From NCBI GenBank assembly GCA_964519805.1, contig CAZFKN010000004.1, positions 1-63,090 of the forward strand: a stretch of DNA of 63,090 nt, given 5' to 3'. Below the pieces are notes generated by a model that searched no databases, was not told the origin of the DNA, and worked only from the letters and a program-made list of their open reading frames with translations. Below are positions 42,898-52,036 of this stretch, one piece after another (the stretch's first letter is position 1; every line of letters starts with the position of its first letter). Source of the stretch: an uncultured Gemmatimonadaceae bacterium (lineage in GTDB: Bacteria; Gemmatimonadota; Gemmatimonadetes; Gemmatimonadales; GWC2-71-9). Made by a program: the position numbers and the translations under genes.

Positions 42898-44021
42898 TGG
42901 ATGATGCGCAGGACCCCCGCCTCGGCGCTGCCACGGATGAACGCCTCAGCGTCCGTCACCGGGATGACGACGCCGGTTTCCGCGCGACCCCGCCGAGCGA
43001 GGCCGACCATGAATTCGGTGAGCGATGCGTCGGCCCACTCGCGGTCGGCCGCCTTCATCTGCAGGAGAATCTCTTCCCAGGTCCCGTTGAACGTGTGTCC
43101 GGCGAGCGTGCCGATCGAGTGCGTGTCACCCGGGGGCACCTGGCCCGGGCGCCGCTGCATGGCGTGCAGCTCGGTGAGCAGCGTGCCGAACAGCTCCAGC
43201 TGGTGCGGGTCGCGTATCGAGCCGTCCGGCTGCTGTGCCTCGACCTCGGCGAGCAGGAGATCCACCGTGTCCGGATCACCGGCAACCTCGCCCAGGCGCT
43301 GGAGCCACGGTTGCAGCTCCGGGTCGTCGTCGCGCAGCCGATAAACCGACTTCTTCAGCTCGATGTGCCGCCAGATGCCCAGCTCGTCGTAGTGCTCCTC
43401 CGGCCGGGTCTTTTCCAGGTGGTGGAGCGCCGCCTCCGATTCCCCCCGGTCGTACAGCATGTTGGCCAGATAGATCCGCGCTTCCGCGAACTCCGGCTCC
43501 AGCTCGAGCGCCCGGCGCAGCCAGAACAGCGCGCTGCTGTCGTTGCCCAGGCGATGATAGGCATACCCGAGACAGGCGGCCGCGTCGGGTGATTCCGGCT
43601 GCGCGATCGCGGCGAAATCGAAGAACCGTTGCGCCGGGCCGATCAGCGACTCGCGAAAGAGCGCCCGCCCGACTTGCAGCATCAGCTCGTGGTCATCCTT
43701 GAAGCCGAGCAACACGATCCGCTCGAACGCCCGGAGGGCGCCGACCCGCTCGCCCAGCTTGAGCAGCGTCTCCCCCAGCCCGGCGAGGCCGTCCTCGTGA
43801 TCGGGGTCGAGCGAGAGCGCCCGCTCGAAGCTGCGTCGGGCCCAGGCATACTCCTCCCGCGCCAGTTGGGCGTAGGCGAGACCGATGTGGAGTTCGACCG
43901 CGTGGGGGTAGAGGGAGAGTCCCTCCCGGAGAAGAGCGACCGCGTCGTCGTAGTGACCTTCGTTGTAGAGCTGATGGGCTTGTTCGTCGAAATCGTCGGA
44001 GCTGCGGAATGCATCCGACAT
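42894..44021 (-). CDS. TPR-repeat protein with an uncharacterised C-terminal domain
   Basis: There are several 34-aa TPR-like repeats (AHQLYNEGHYDDAVALLREGLSLYP..., ALFWLRRALELEPEFAEA...). The last roughly 130 aa are not TPR-like. Confidence 0.7.
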   Translation of the reverse strand: MSDAFRSSDDFDEQAHQLYNEGHYDDAVALLREGLSLYPHAVELHIGLAYAQLAREEYAWARRSFERALSLDPDHEDGLAGLGETLLKLGERVGALRAFERIVLLGFKDDHELMLQVGRALFRESLIGPAQRFFDFAAIAQPESPDAAACLGYAYHRLGNDSSALFWLRRALELEPEFAEARIYLANMLYDRGESEAALHHLEKTRPEEHYDELGIWRHIELKKSVYRLRDDDPELQPWLQRLGEVAGDPDTVDLLLAEVEAQQPDGSIRDPHQLELFGTLLTELHAMQRRPGQVPPGDTHSIGTLAGHTFNGTWEEILLQMKAADREWADASLTEFMVGLARRGRAETGVVIPVTDAEAFIRGSAEAGVLRIIQ

Positions 44022-44176
44022 CGGCTGGGCCTCCCCGGGTCTTTGGACTCAATACTAGGACGTCGCGGTGCCGGGAGCAAGGGAAACCGGCGTTCGGCTG
44101 AGGTCGGGATCGTGGACGCCTAATTACGCGCCGGGCCGCCGGTTAGGCGGCTGCGCGCGAGGTGCGACGTCGGCAC

Positions 44177-44218
44177 TTGACGGAGACTGATTTGTCGATA
44201 TCTTACTGACCGGTCAGT
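44177..44218 (+). promoter_or_regulatory. Candidate sigma-70 promoter (TTGACG-16 nt-TATCTT) with abutting 14-bp palindromic operator ACTGACCGGTCAGT
   Basis: TTGACG is at 44177-44182 and TATCTT at 44199-44204. The perfect palindrome at 44205-44218 lies 22 nt before the tetR ATG. Confidence 0.45.
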
Positions 44219-44239
44219 TACTAAACAGAGGCGATCCGC

Positions 44240-44899
44240 ATGTCAGACGAAGCCAGCGCTGCTAGCACTGCCCCCCGGTGGCAACGCCGCCCCGAGGCCC
44301 GGCCGGAAGAAATTCTCGACGCGGCTCTCGAGGTATTCGGCGAGCACGGTTTTGCGCAGGCCAAGCTCGAGGATGTCGCGCGCCTGGCAGGCGTCAGCAA
44401 GGGGACGCTCTACCTGTACTTCGATTCCAAGGAAACGCTCTTCCGGGAAATGGTGCAAGCGAAAGCCGTCGCGGCGGTGCGCGAAAGCGAGGCCTTCGTC
44501 GAGGCGTTCCAAGGCTCGAGCCGCGATCTCCTGGTCGAGCTGATGAAGCGCAAGTACGCCATCATGCGGGATCAGCAGCTCAGCCGCATCAGCAAGCTGG
44601 TGCAGTCGGAGCTCCAGCGGTTCCCGGAGCTGGCGCACTTCTACGTGCAGGAGGTCATCCTGCCGGCTCGCCGCCTGGTCGAGCGGATTCTCGACCGGGG
44701 TGTGGCTGCGGGCGAGTTCCGGCGCACCAGCCACGGGTTCGCCACGCGCGGCCTGCCGATGCTGCTGATCCAGGCGACCCAGACGCAGTGCTTCTTCCAG
44801 CAGTTCGACCCTGAAGCGCTGAGCGACGAGCAGACGCTCGAAGGTCTCGTCGACTTCGCGCTGAACGGCGTGCTGGCCCGCCCCGAACCCGCACGCTAG
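44240..44899 (+). CDS. TetR/AcrR family transcriptional regulator
   Basis: The N-terminal HTH is ILDAALEVFGEHGFAQAKLEDVARLAGVSKGTLYLYFDSKE. Confidence 0.85.
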   Translation: MSDEASAASTAPRWQRRPEARPEEILDAALEVFGEHGFAQAKLEDVARLAGVSKGTLYLYFDSKETLFREMVQAKAVAAVRESEAFVEAFQGSSRDLLVELMKRKYAIMRDQQLSRISKLVQSELQRFPELAHFYVQEVILPARRLVERILDRGVAAGEFRRTSHGFATRGLPMLLIQATQTQCFFQQFDPEALSDEQTLEGLVDFALNGVLARPEPAR

Positions 44900-44905
44900 C
44901 CCGCC

Positions 44906-46228
44906 ATGCGCCCTTGCACCTCCCTCTTCCTGCTGACGTTGCTTGCCGCGCCACTGGCCGCACAGCAGCCAGCCGCTACGCCGGGAGCCTCAGGTCCGTT
45001 GACGTTGCTCGACGCGATTCGGATCGGCCGCGAGCGCGGCGTCGCCGCGACGCTCGCGCAGCTCAATGCCCGTGTCGCCAACGACCGGATCGGCGACCGT
45101 CGGGCCGATCTGCTGCCCAACATCGCGGGGGCGGCGAACTACTCGCGCCAGACCGAGAACCTCTCCGAGTTCGGCATCACGTTCCCCGGTTTCCCCGAGG
45201 TGACCGACCCGTTCTCGCTCTGGCGTTTTCGGGTCGGCGCCTCGCAGACCCTGTTCGACGCGGCCGCCTTCGCCCGGCTGCGCGCCGCCCGCGACAGCGC
45301 TGCCGCCGCCGGCCTCGACGCCCGAGCCGTCGGTGAGCTTGCCGGCGCTACCGCCGGCCTCGCCTATCTGCGGGTGTTGAGCGCCCGCGAGACCGTTCGC
45401 GCTCGTGAAGCCGACAGCGTCGTCGCAGCGACGCTGCTCGACCAGGCTCGCCAGCTGGTCGCGGCAGGCGTGAGTCCCACGATCGACGCCACCCGGAGCG
45501 AGGTGAGCTATGGCGCCGTGCGCACCGAGCTGGAGCTTGCTCGGAACGCCGTCGATCGGACACGTCTGGACCTCCTTCGCGCGTTGGACCTGGCGCCGGG
45601 CGCCAGACTGGAGCTGACCGACTCGCTGGGCCTGGGCGTGGTCGATCTGCCCCTCGATCCCGATGAGGCCGGTCGCTACGCACGCGAGCGCCGCGCCGAA
45701 CTCGAAGCCGAGCGGAGCCGGACCGCAGCCATCCGTCGCACGCTCACGGCGATCAAGGCCGAGAACCTCCCGAGTGTCGGGCTGAGCGGGTACTACCAGC
45801 AGTCCGGGACGTCGATGGATGATCTCGCCGGGACCTACCAGGTCCAGCTCGGCGTGAGCGTTCCCATCCTGGATGGCTTCCGGCGGCAGTCGCGTGCCCG
45901 CGAGCAGCAGACGCGACTCGACGCCCAGTTGGTGCGGGAGCGCGATCTGGGCAACCAGGTCGAGACCGAAGCGCGCCAGGCCGTGCTCGACGTCGCGTCC
46001 GCCCGCCAGCAAGTGGCGATCGCAGCCGACCGGCTCCGTCTCGCGGAGCAGGAGCTGTCACAGGCGGACGAGCGATTCCGCGCGGGAGTTGCCGGCAGCG
46101 TGGAAACCACCAACGCCCAGAGCGCGGTCATCGCAGCCCGGGACGCGTTGATTCAGGCGCGCGTCAACTACGGCACCGCCCGCGTGAGCGCGTACCGAGC
46201 GCTCGGCATCATCGATCACCTGCAGTAA
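44906..46228 (+). CDS. TolC family outer membrane efflux protein
   Basis: 440 aa with a signal peptide and two OEP repeats. It lies upstream of the HlyD and MFS pump genes. Confidence 0.8.
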   Translation: MRPCTSLFLLTLLAAPLAAQQPAATPGASGPLTLLDAIRIGRERGVAATLAQLNARVANDRIGDRRADLLPNIAGAANYSRQTENLSEFGITFPGFPEVTDPFSLWRFRVGASQTLFDAAAFARLRAARDSAAAAGLDARAVGELAGATAGLAYLRVLSARETVRAREADSVVAATLLDQARQLVAAGVSPTIDATRSEVSYGAVRTELELARNAVDRTRLDLLRALDLAPGARLELTDSLGLGVVDLPLDPDEAGRYARERRAELEAERSRTAAIRRTLTAIKAENLPSVGLSGYYQQSGTSMDDLAGTYQVQLGVSVPILDGFRRQSRAREQQTRLDAQLVRERDLGNQVETEARQAVLDVASARQQVAIAADRLRLAEQELSQADERFRAGVAGSVETTNAQSAVIAARDALIQARVNYGTARVSAYRALGIIDHLQ

Positions 46229-46253
46229 TCGGACACGAACCGAGACGCATCCC

Positions 46254-47351
46254 ATGGCTACCGATATCGCGATGGATCTCCCCGGCGCCCAGGCCGCCCC
46301 CGAGGTGGGCGCTCGCCGGAAGCGCCTGCCGCTCGTCCTCCTCGGCGCGCTCGTCATCTCCGTCGCCGTCTGGGGCGGCCGCAAGTACATCTACGGCCTG
46401 AGCCACGTCACCACCGACAACGCGCAGCTCGACGGGCACATCACGGTGATCGCGCCCAAGGTCGCGGCATTCGTCTCACGGGTGCTGGTGGACGACAACC
46501 AGCATGTAAAGGCAGGCGACACTCTCGTCGTCCTCGACGATCGGGACCTCCTCGTCCGCCTTCAGCAGGCGGAGGCCGACCTCGCGGACGCGCGTGCCGC
46601 GGCCGGTGGGGCGCACGGTCCCGGTCAGGCCGGCGCGCAGCTGGCGTGGAGTCACGCAGAGCAGGCCAGCGCGCAGGCCAACGTCGTCTCGGCCCAGGCG
46701 GGCTTCAAGCGGGCCGCCGCCGACCTCGACCGGATTCGCGGCCTGGCGGCAAACCGCATTGTCCCGCCGCAGCAGCTCGACGCGGCACAGGCGGCGTACG
46801 ACGCCGCCGCCGCCCAGCTGGAATCCGCGCGCAAGCAGGCCGCTGCCGCGGGTGATCAGGTCTCGGCGTACGGCGCGGCGCTCTCGGGCGCCGGAGCGCG
46901 GCTGGCGGCCGCGGAGGCCGCGGCCGACAACGCGCGGCTTCAGGCCAGCTACGCGCACATCCTAGCCCCGACCGACGGGATCGTCGCCAAACGGAGCGCG
47001 GAGGTCGGGGCGCTGGTCCAGTCGGGCCAGACACTCATGTCGATCGTGCCCGACCACGACGTGTGGGTCACGGCGAACCTCAAGGAGACCCAGCTCGAGC
47101 ATGTCGCTGTCGGTGACAAGGCGACGTTCACCGTGGATGCCTACCCCGGACACGTCTTCCACGGGCACGTCGAGAGCCTGAGCCCCGCGACCGGCGCTCG
47201 CTTTTCGCTGCTCCCGCCGGACAACGCGACCGGAAACTTCACCAAGGTCGTGCAGCGGGTGCCTGTTCGGGTTGCCGTGGACGATGCGCCCGACCTGGCG
47301 CGGCCGTTGCGGCCGGGCATGTCGGCGGTCGTGGACATCGCCACCCGGTAG
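46254..47351 (+). CDS. HlyD/EmrA family membrane fusion protein
   Basis: It has an N-terminal TM segment, a lipoyl-like motif (APKVAAFVSRVLVDDNQHVKAGDTLVVLD), a long Ala/Gln coiled coil and a C-terminal barrel. Confidence 0.85.
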   Translation: MATDIAMDLPGAQAAPEVGARRKRLPLVLLGALVISVAVWGGRKYIYGLSHVTTDNAQLDGHITVIAPKVAAFVSRVLVDDNQHVKAGDTLVVLDDRDLLVRLQQAEADLADARAAAGGAHGPGQAGAQLAWSHAEQASAQANVVSAQAGFKRAAADLDRIRGLAANRIVPPQQLDAAQAAYDAAAAQLESARKQAAAAGDQVSAYGAALSGAGARLAAAEAAADNARLQASYAHILAPTDGIVAKRSAEVGALVQSGQTLMSIVPDHDVWVTANLKETQLEHVAVGDKATFTVDAYPGHVFHGHVESLSPATGARFSLLPPDNATGNFTKVVQRVPVRVAVDDAPDLARPLRPGMSAVVDIATR

Positions 47352-47359
47352 ATCGGCCG

Positions 47360-48949
47360 ATGGCGACGATGTCGCTGCCGGCCAGGACCGGCGGCCTGCA
47401 ACGGGCGGACGTCTACCGCTACCGCTATCTCATCGCGTTCGCGGTGGCGCTGGCAAGCGTGCTGGAGCTGGTGGACACCAGCATCGTCAACGTGGCGATC
47501 CCCCACATGATGGGTGAGCTGGGCGCCACGCTGGACGAGATCGCCTGGGTGTCCACCGGCTACATCGTGGCCAACGTGATCGTGCTGCCGCTCACAAGCT
47601 GGCTGTCGGCCCGGTTCGGACGGCGGAACTACTACACCGGCTCCATCATCGTCTTCACCATTGCGTCGTTCCTCTGCGGCAACGCCTCGTCGCTCGAGAT
47701 GCTCGTGGCCGGGCGGGTCATCCAGGGCATCGGGGGGGGCGCACTGATCTCCACTGCCCAGGCGATCCTGTTCGACGTGTTCCCGGTGGAGGAGCGGGCC
47801 GCGGGTCAGGCAATCTTCGGGATGAGCGTGATGGTCGGACCCACGCTGGGGCCGACGCTCGGCGGCTGGATCACCGACAACTACTCCTGGCCCTGGATTT
47901 TCTACATCAACCTGCCGCTCGGCGTGCTCGCCGGGTTTCTGACGTGGCGGCTCGTGCCGGAGCCGGCGCACGAGGCAGAGCACGAGACCGAAACGGTGGA
48001 CTGGTGGGGCCTGGCGTTCCTGATTCTGGGCATCGGGGCGCTGCAGATCATGCTGGAGCGCGGAGAAGCCAAGGACTGGTTCGACTCGCGCGAGATCGTC
48101 GTCGAAGGGATCCTCGCGGCGATCGGCGTGGTCTGCTTCATCTGGCACGAGCTGCGGACGGATCACCCGATCGTCGACCTCCGCATTCTCCGCAATCGCC
48201 AGCTCGCCGTCGGCGTCACCTTCGCCGTGCTGCTCGGCTTCGCCCTCTACTCGAGCGTGTTCGCTCTGCCGGTGTTCCTCCAGAACGTCCTCCAGTACAC
48301 GGCCTGGGACACCGGCAAGGTCATCCTGCCCGGCGCGATCTCGAGCGCGATCGCGATGGCCATCGTGGGGCGTATTGCGTCCAAGGTGGACGCCAGACTG
48401 CTCATCACCACCGGCGTGCTGATGTTCCTGTCCTCCATGTGGATGCACTACCACTTCACGATCGAAACCGGTCTCCCGGATATGTTCTGGCCGATGGTGC
48501 TTCGCGGGTTCGGCATCGGTCTTGTGTTCGTGCCGCTTACGGGCGCCACGGTGGCGGACCTGACACCGGGGCAGATCCCCCAGGGAACCGGTCTGTTCAA
48601 TCTCTCGCGCCAGCTGGGCGGGAGCTTCGGGATCGCGGTGACCGCGACGCTGCTGAGCCGCTTTACCGATCATGCCCGGAGCGCCCTCGCAGCGCACCTC
48701 ACCGCCTCGGACACCGCGACCCGCGGGTGGCTCGACGCGGTCACCCGGTCGATGCAACACCTGGGCGGCTCCCTCGCGCAGGCGCAGCTCAAGGCCTCGG
48801 CCCTGCTCGACCTCCGGCTCAATCAGCAGGCATCGGTGTTCGCCTTCGAGAAGGTCTTCCTGATCATGGGCCTCTCCTTCACGGCGGTGCTCCCGCTCCT
48901 GCTGCTCTTCCGGACGGGCCGAGCGCGCGGAGGCGGGATGGCGCACTGA
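47360..48949 (+). CDS. DHA2 family MFS efflux pump (EmrB/QacA type, 14 TM)
   Basis: 529 aa. The motifs LDTSIVNVAIPHM, GRRN and GGALIST are typical of EmrB. Confidence 0.85.
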   Translation: MATMSLPARTGGLQRADVYRYRYLIAFAVALASVLELVDTSIVNVAIPHMMGELGATLDEIAWVSTGYIVANVIVLPLTSWLSARFGRRNYYTGSIIVFTIASFLCGNASSLEMLVAGRVIQGIGGGALISTAQAILFDVFPVEERAAGQAIFGMSVMVGPTLGPTLGGWITDNYSWPWIFYINLPLGVLAGFLTWRLVPEPAHEAEHETETVDWWGLAFLILGIGALQIMLERGEAKDWFDSREIVVEGILAAIGVVCFIWHELRTDHPIVDLRILRNRQLAVGVTFAVLLGFALYSSVFALPVFLQNVLQYTAWDTGKVILPGAISSAIAMAIVGRIASKVDARLLITTGVLMFLSSMWMHYHFTIETGLPDMFWPMVLRGFGIGLVFVPLTGATVADLTPGQIPQGTGLFNLSRQLGGSFGIAVTATLLSRFTDHARSALAAHLTASDTATRGWLDAVTRSMQHLGGSLAQAQLKASALLDLRLNQQASVFAFEKVFLIMGLSFTAVLPLLLLFRTGRARGGGMAH

Positions 48950-48980
48950 GGCGGCGCGTTTCATACTTCTCGCCGCTCCC

Positions 48981-50465
48981 ATGACCGTTCAGCGGAAGCT
49001 CCTCCTCGGTTTCTCCCTCATGGCCCTCCCCGCCCTGCTCGTCGGCGCCGAGGCCATCCGCAGCAACGCCCTTGAGCGTCGCGCCCTCGAGGCGCTCGGC
49101 GAGAGCCTCGCCCGCAACCGGACCTACGCCGACGTCGAGAACGCCATGTTCGACCAGACGGAGGCGATCTGGCGACACCTCACCGGCCTCGATCCCGAAG
49201 CCCGGCAGGAGTGGCGGCTCGGCGGCGAGGTGGTCGATTACTGGCTCGATCGCTGGGCCGTCCAGCTGCCGCCCGAGCAGATGGACCTGGCGAACGGCGT
49301 GCGCCAGATTCAGCGCGAGATCCGCGCGACGGGCGACAGCGTGATCGCGCTGGCCGACGGGGGTAAGCGGGAGGCCGCGTATGCGCTCGCCCGGAGCGAG
49401 CTCAAGCTCCGGCTGCTCCCGGGTCTCGCGCGGGTGAACCGGGAGATCTACCGCCGGACGCGCGAGTCGAGCGTCCAGCAGGCGTTCACCCGCGTGGAGC
49501 AGATCGTGGACACGGAACGGCGGCTGCTCGTCGGGATTTTCGCCGCGGCCATCGGGGCGGGCCTCCTCGCCTCCTGGCTGATCACCCGCAGCATGGTGCG
49601 CCCGATCAACGAGCTTCGCGGAGCCATGGGCGTCGTCGGTGCCGGCGACCTGGAGCACCCGATCGCCACTCAGCGCCAGGACGAGATCGGCGACCTGGCG
49701 CGTGCCTTCGCCGATATGACCGGGCGCCTGCGCCAGACCCAGGCCAAGCTGGTGCAGTCCGAAAAGCTCGCCTCGATCGGCGAGATGTCCGCCGCGGTCG
49801 CACACGGCCTGCGGAATCCGCTCGCGAGTCTCCGCGCGGCCGCGCAGTTCGCGCTCAAGCGTCCTGACTCGCCGGCGTCGCGGGAGCAACTGAGCGCCAT
49901 CGTCGACGAGGTCGACCGGCTCGACCGCCGCATCACGCACCTGCTGAGCTTCTCTCGACCCGCGCCGTTCCATCCGATGCGCGAAGGCGTGGCTCAGCTG
50001 GTCGAGGGCGTGTTGCCGGCCTTTGCTCAGCTGCTCGAAGAGCCGAAAGTCGAGCTGAGCGTTGATGTGCCGTCGGACCTGCCCGTGGTTCTGGTCGACC
50101 CGATACAGATGGAGCAGACCCTGGTGGAGCTGATCTCCAATGCGCTCGATGCGATGCCCGCCGGAGGCCGGCTGACAATCGGCGCGCGGCGCGAAGCGGG
50201 CGGGGTTGGCGACCGGGACAGCGTCGTCGTCAGGATCGCCGACACCGGCGGCGGCATTCCCGAGGAGGCGCTGGCCCGCGTGAGCGAGCCGTTCTTCACG
50301 ACACGGGCCGAAGGGACCGGACTGGGACTCGCCATTGCGAAACGCTACGTCGAGCAGAACGGCGGCCGCCTCGAGATCACGAGCCGGACGGGAGAGGGCA
50401 CGACCGTGAGCGTGCGACTCCCCGCGGCCGCGGACGCCGCGGACGCAACCGGGAGGAGCGCATGA
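48981..50465 (+). CDS. Sensor histidine kinase (periplasmic sensor, HAMP, HisKA, HATPase_c)
   Basis: It has a TM-flanked N-terminal domain and a HAMP domain (RPINELRGAMGVVGAGDL). The H-box is SIGEMSAAVAHGLRNPL. N, G1 and G2 boxes are present (DTGGGIP, GTGLGL). Confidence 0.85.
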   Translation: MTVQRKLLLGFSLMALPALLVGAEAIRSNALERRALEALGESLARNRTYADVENAMFDQTEAIWRHLTGLDPEARQEWRLGGEVVDYWLDRWAVQLPPEQMDLANGVRQIQREIRATGDSVIALADGGKREAAYALARSELKLRLLPGLARVNREIYRRTRESSVQQAFTRVEQIVDTERRLLVGIFAAAIGAGLLASWLITRSMVRPINELRGAMGVVGAGDLEHPIATQRQDEIGDLARAFADMTGRLRQTQAKLVQSEKLASIGEMSAAVAHGLRNPLASLRAAAQFALKRPDSPASREQLSAIVDEVDRLDRRITHLLSFSRPAPFHPMREGVAQLVEGVLPAFAQLLEEPKVELSVDVPSDLPVVLVDPIQMEQTLVELISNALDAMPAGGRLTIGARREAGGVGDRDSVVVRIADTGGGIPEEALARVSEPFFTTRAEGTGLGLAIAKRYVEQNGGRLEITSRTGEGTTVSVRLPAAADAADATGRSA

Positions 50466-51877
50466 GCGGCCCGACCGTGCTCATCGTGGACGATGAGCGC
50501 ACACTCGCCCGCGCCGTAAAGGCCTTTCTTGCCGAATCCGGCTATGAGGCCGAAGTCGCCGGGGACGCCGAGACGGCGCTGGCCCTGCTGGAGCGCCTTC
50601 GGCCGGACGTGGTCTTCAGTGACGTGCGCCTCCCCGGGATGAGCGGGATCGATCTGCTCAAGCGCATCCGGGAGTTCGACGCCGCGATCCCGGTCGTCAT
50701 CATGACCGCGCACGGCACCATCGAAGGAGCGGTGGAGGCGGTGAAGCTGGGCGCGTTCGACTACCTCAAGAAGCCGGTCGATCTCGAGGAGCTGAAGCTG
50801 CTGGCCGACCGCGCCCGGGAGCAGTCGCGCCGCGAGGGAGAGCTGTCCTACTACCGTCGCCAGGCGGCCCGCGAGGAGGGGTTCGGCGGCGTCGTGGGCG
50901 AATCGCCGGCGATGCGCGCCGTGCTCGAACGAGCCCGCCAGATCGCCGCGCTCGAGGAGACCCCGCCGGTGCTGATCACCGGCGAGACCGGTACCGGCAA
51001 GGGGCTCGTCGCCCGAACCATCCACGCGTCGGGCATCCGCTCGGACAAGCCCTTCATCGACGTCAACTGCACGGCGCTGCCTGGATCGCTGATGGAAGCC
51101 GAGCTGTTCGGCTATGAGCGTGGTGCCTTCACGGATGCGAAGGAGTCCAAGCTCGGCCTGTTCGAGGCGGCGGAGGGGGGGTTCATTTTCCTCGACGAGG
51201 TCGGCGACATCGAGCTGGCCCTCCAGGGGAAGCTCCTACGCGCCATCGAGGAGCGCACGGTTCGGCGCGTGGGAGGCATACGGGATCGCACGATCGACGT
51301 GCGCATCCTGGCGGCGACGAACCGGGACCTCGAGCGTGAGTCCCAACGTGAGCGATTCCGCAAGGATCTCTACTTCCGGCTCGCGGTCATCCTCCTCCGC
51401 CTGCCACCCCTTCGCGAGCGGGGCGACGACGTGCTGCGGCTGGCGGATCACTATCTGCGCCAGTTCAGCGCCAAGTACGGTCGCGATGTGCGGCGCATCG
51501 ACGCGCTCGCACGCGAGCGCCTGCTGCGTTACCCGTGGCCCGGCAACGTCCGGGAGCTGAGCCATGTCATCGAGCGGGCGGTGCTGTGGAGCCAGGGGTC
51601 GGTCCTCGAGGTTGAGCACCTGTCCCTCACAACGGCGGCTGAGGACGCTGAGGCGGCCGAGGCGGTCGGCAACGGCGACCCCGAGCAGACCACGGGGGGC
51701 GCACCGGTGCCGGCGGCCTTCCCGCCACCCGGTGTGGACCTGGCCCAGTGGGAGAAGGCGATGATCGAGCAGGCGCTCCGGGAGGCCGGGGGTAACCAGA
51801 CGCGGGCCGCGCAGCGGCTCGGCATCTCACGTGACACGCTGCGCTATCGGCTGAAAAAGTTTGGCATCCAGGGGTGA
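50462..51877 (+). CDS. Sigma-54-dependent response regulator (NtrC family)
   Basis: A receiver domain is followed by an AAA+ domain with GETGTGKG, the GAFTDA loop and ERFRKDLYFRL. The C-terminal Fis-type HTH is NQTRAAQRLGISRDTLRYRLKK. An ATGA overlap joins it to the kinase gene. Confidence 0.9.
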   Translation: MSGPTVLIVDDERTLARAVKAFLAESGYEAEVAGDAETALALLERLRPDVVFSDVRLPGMSGIDLLKRIREFDAAIPVVIMTAHGTIEGAVEAVKLGAFDYLKKPVDLEELKLLADRAREQSRREGELSYYRRQAAREEGFGGVVGESPAMRAVLERARQIAALEETPPVLITGETGTGKGLVARTIHASGIRSDKPFIDVNCTALPGSLMEAELFGYERGAFTDAKESKLGLFEAAEGGFIFLDEVGDIELALQGKLLRAIEERTVRRVGGIRDRTIDVRILAATNRDLERESQRERFRKDLYFRLAVILLRLPPLRERGDDVLRLADHYLRQFSAKYGRDVRRIDALARERLLRYPWPGNVRELSHVIERAVLWSQGSVLEVEHLSLTTAAEDAEAAEAVGNGDPEQTTGGAPVPAAFPPPGVDLAQWEKAMIEQALREAGGNQTRAAQRLGISRDTLRYRLKKFGIQG

Positions 51878-51881
51878 ATCG

Positions 51882-51923
51882 GCGGTGGGTGATATAACCC
51901 ACTTGGATGAGATCACCCACCGC
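51882..51923. promoter_or_regulatory. Perfect 12-nt inverted repeat GCGGTGGGTGAT-18 nt-ATCACCCACCGC (enhancer site or terminator)
   Basis: It starts 5 nt after the NtrC-like stop. A third ACCCAC copy lies in the loop. Its centre is about 120 nt upstream of the candidate -24/-12 element. Confidence 0.35.
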
Positions 51924-52020
51924 TTGGTCCTGTCCGACGATTCAGCGCCGCTGCAAGAGGGCGCCGTAAAAGCCTACGGTATAATCAGTTAGATCGAGAC
52001 GTCCAACACGTTGGCCGTTT

Positions 52021-52036
52021 CGGCATGGCATCTGCC
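52021..52036 (+). promoter_or_regulatory. Candidate sigma-54 (-24/-12) promoter upstream of pqqA
   Basis: cGGCATGgcatcTGCc has GG-N10-GC spacing identical to the TGGCACG-N4-TTGC consensus, with 4 mismatches at the 14 specified consensus positions. It lies about 100 nt upstream of the pqqA ATG, next to a sigma-54 activator gene. Confidence 0.35.

Noticed and set aside
47141-48982. 613-aa minus-strand ORF antisense to the EmrB-type MFS gene, plus the +2 frame ORF 47944..48984
   Set aside because: They have no recognisable motifs and a highly charged Arg/Glu/Asp/Pro composition. The plus-strand 14-TM MFS reading is unambiguous.
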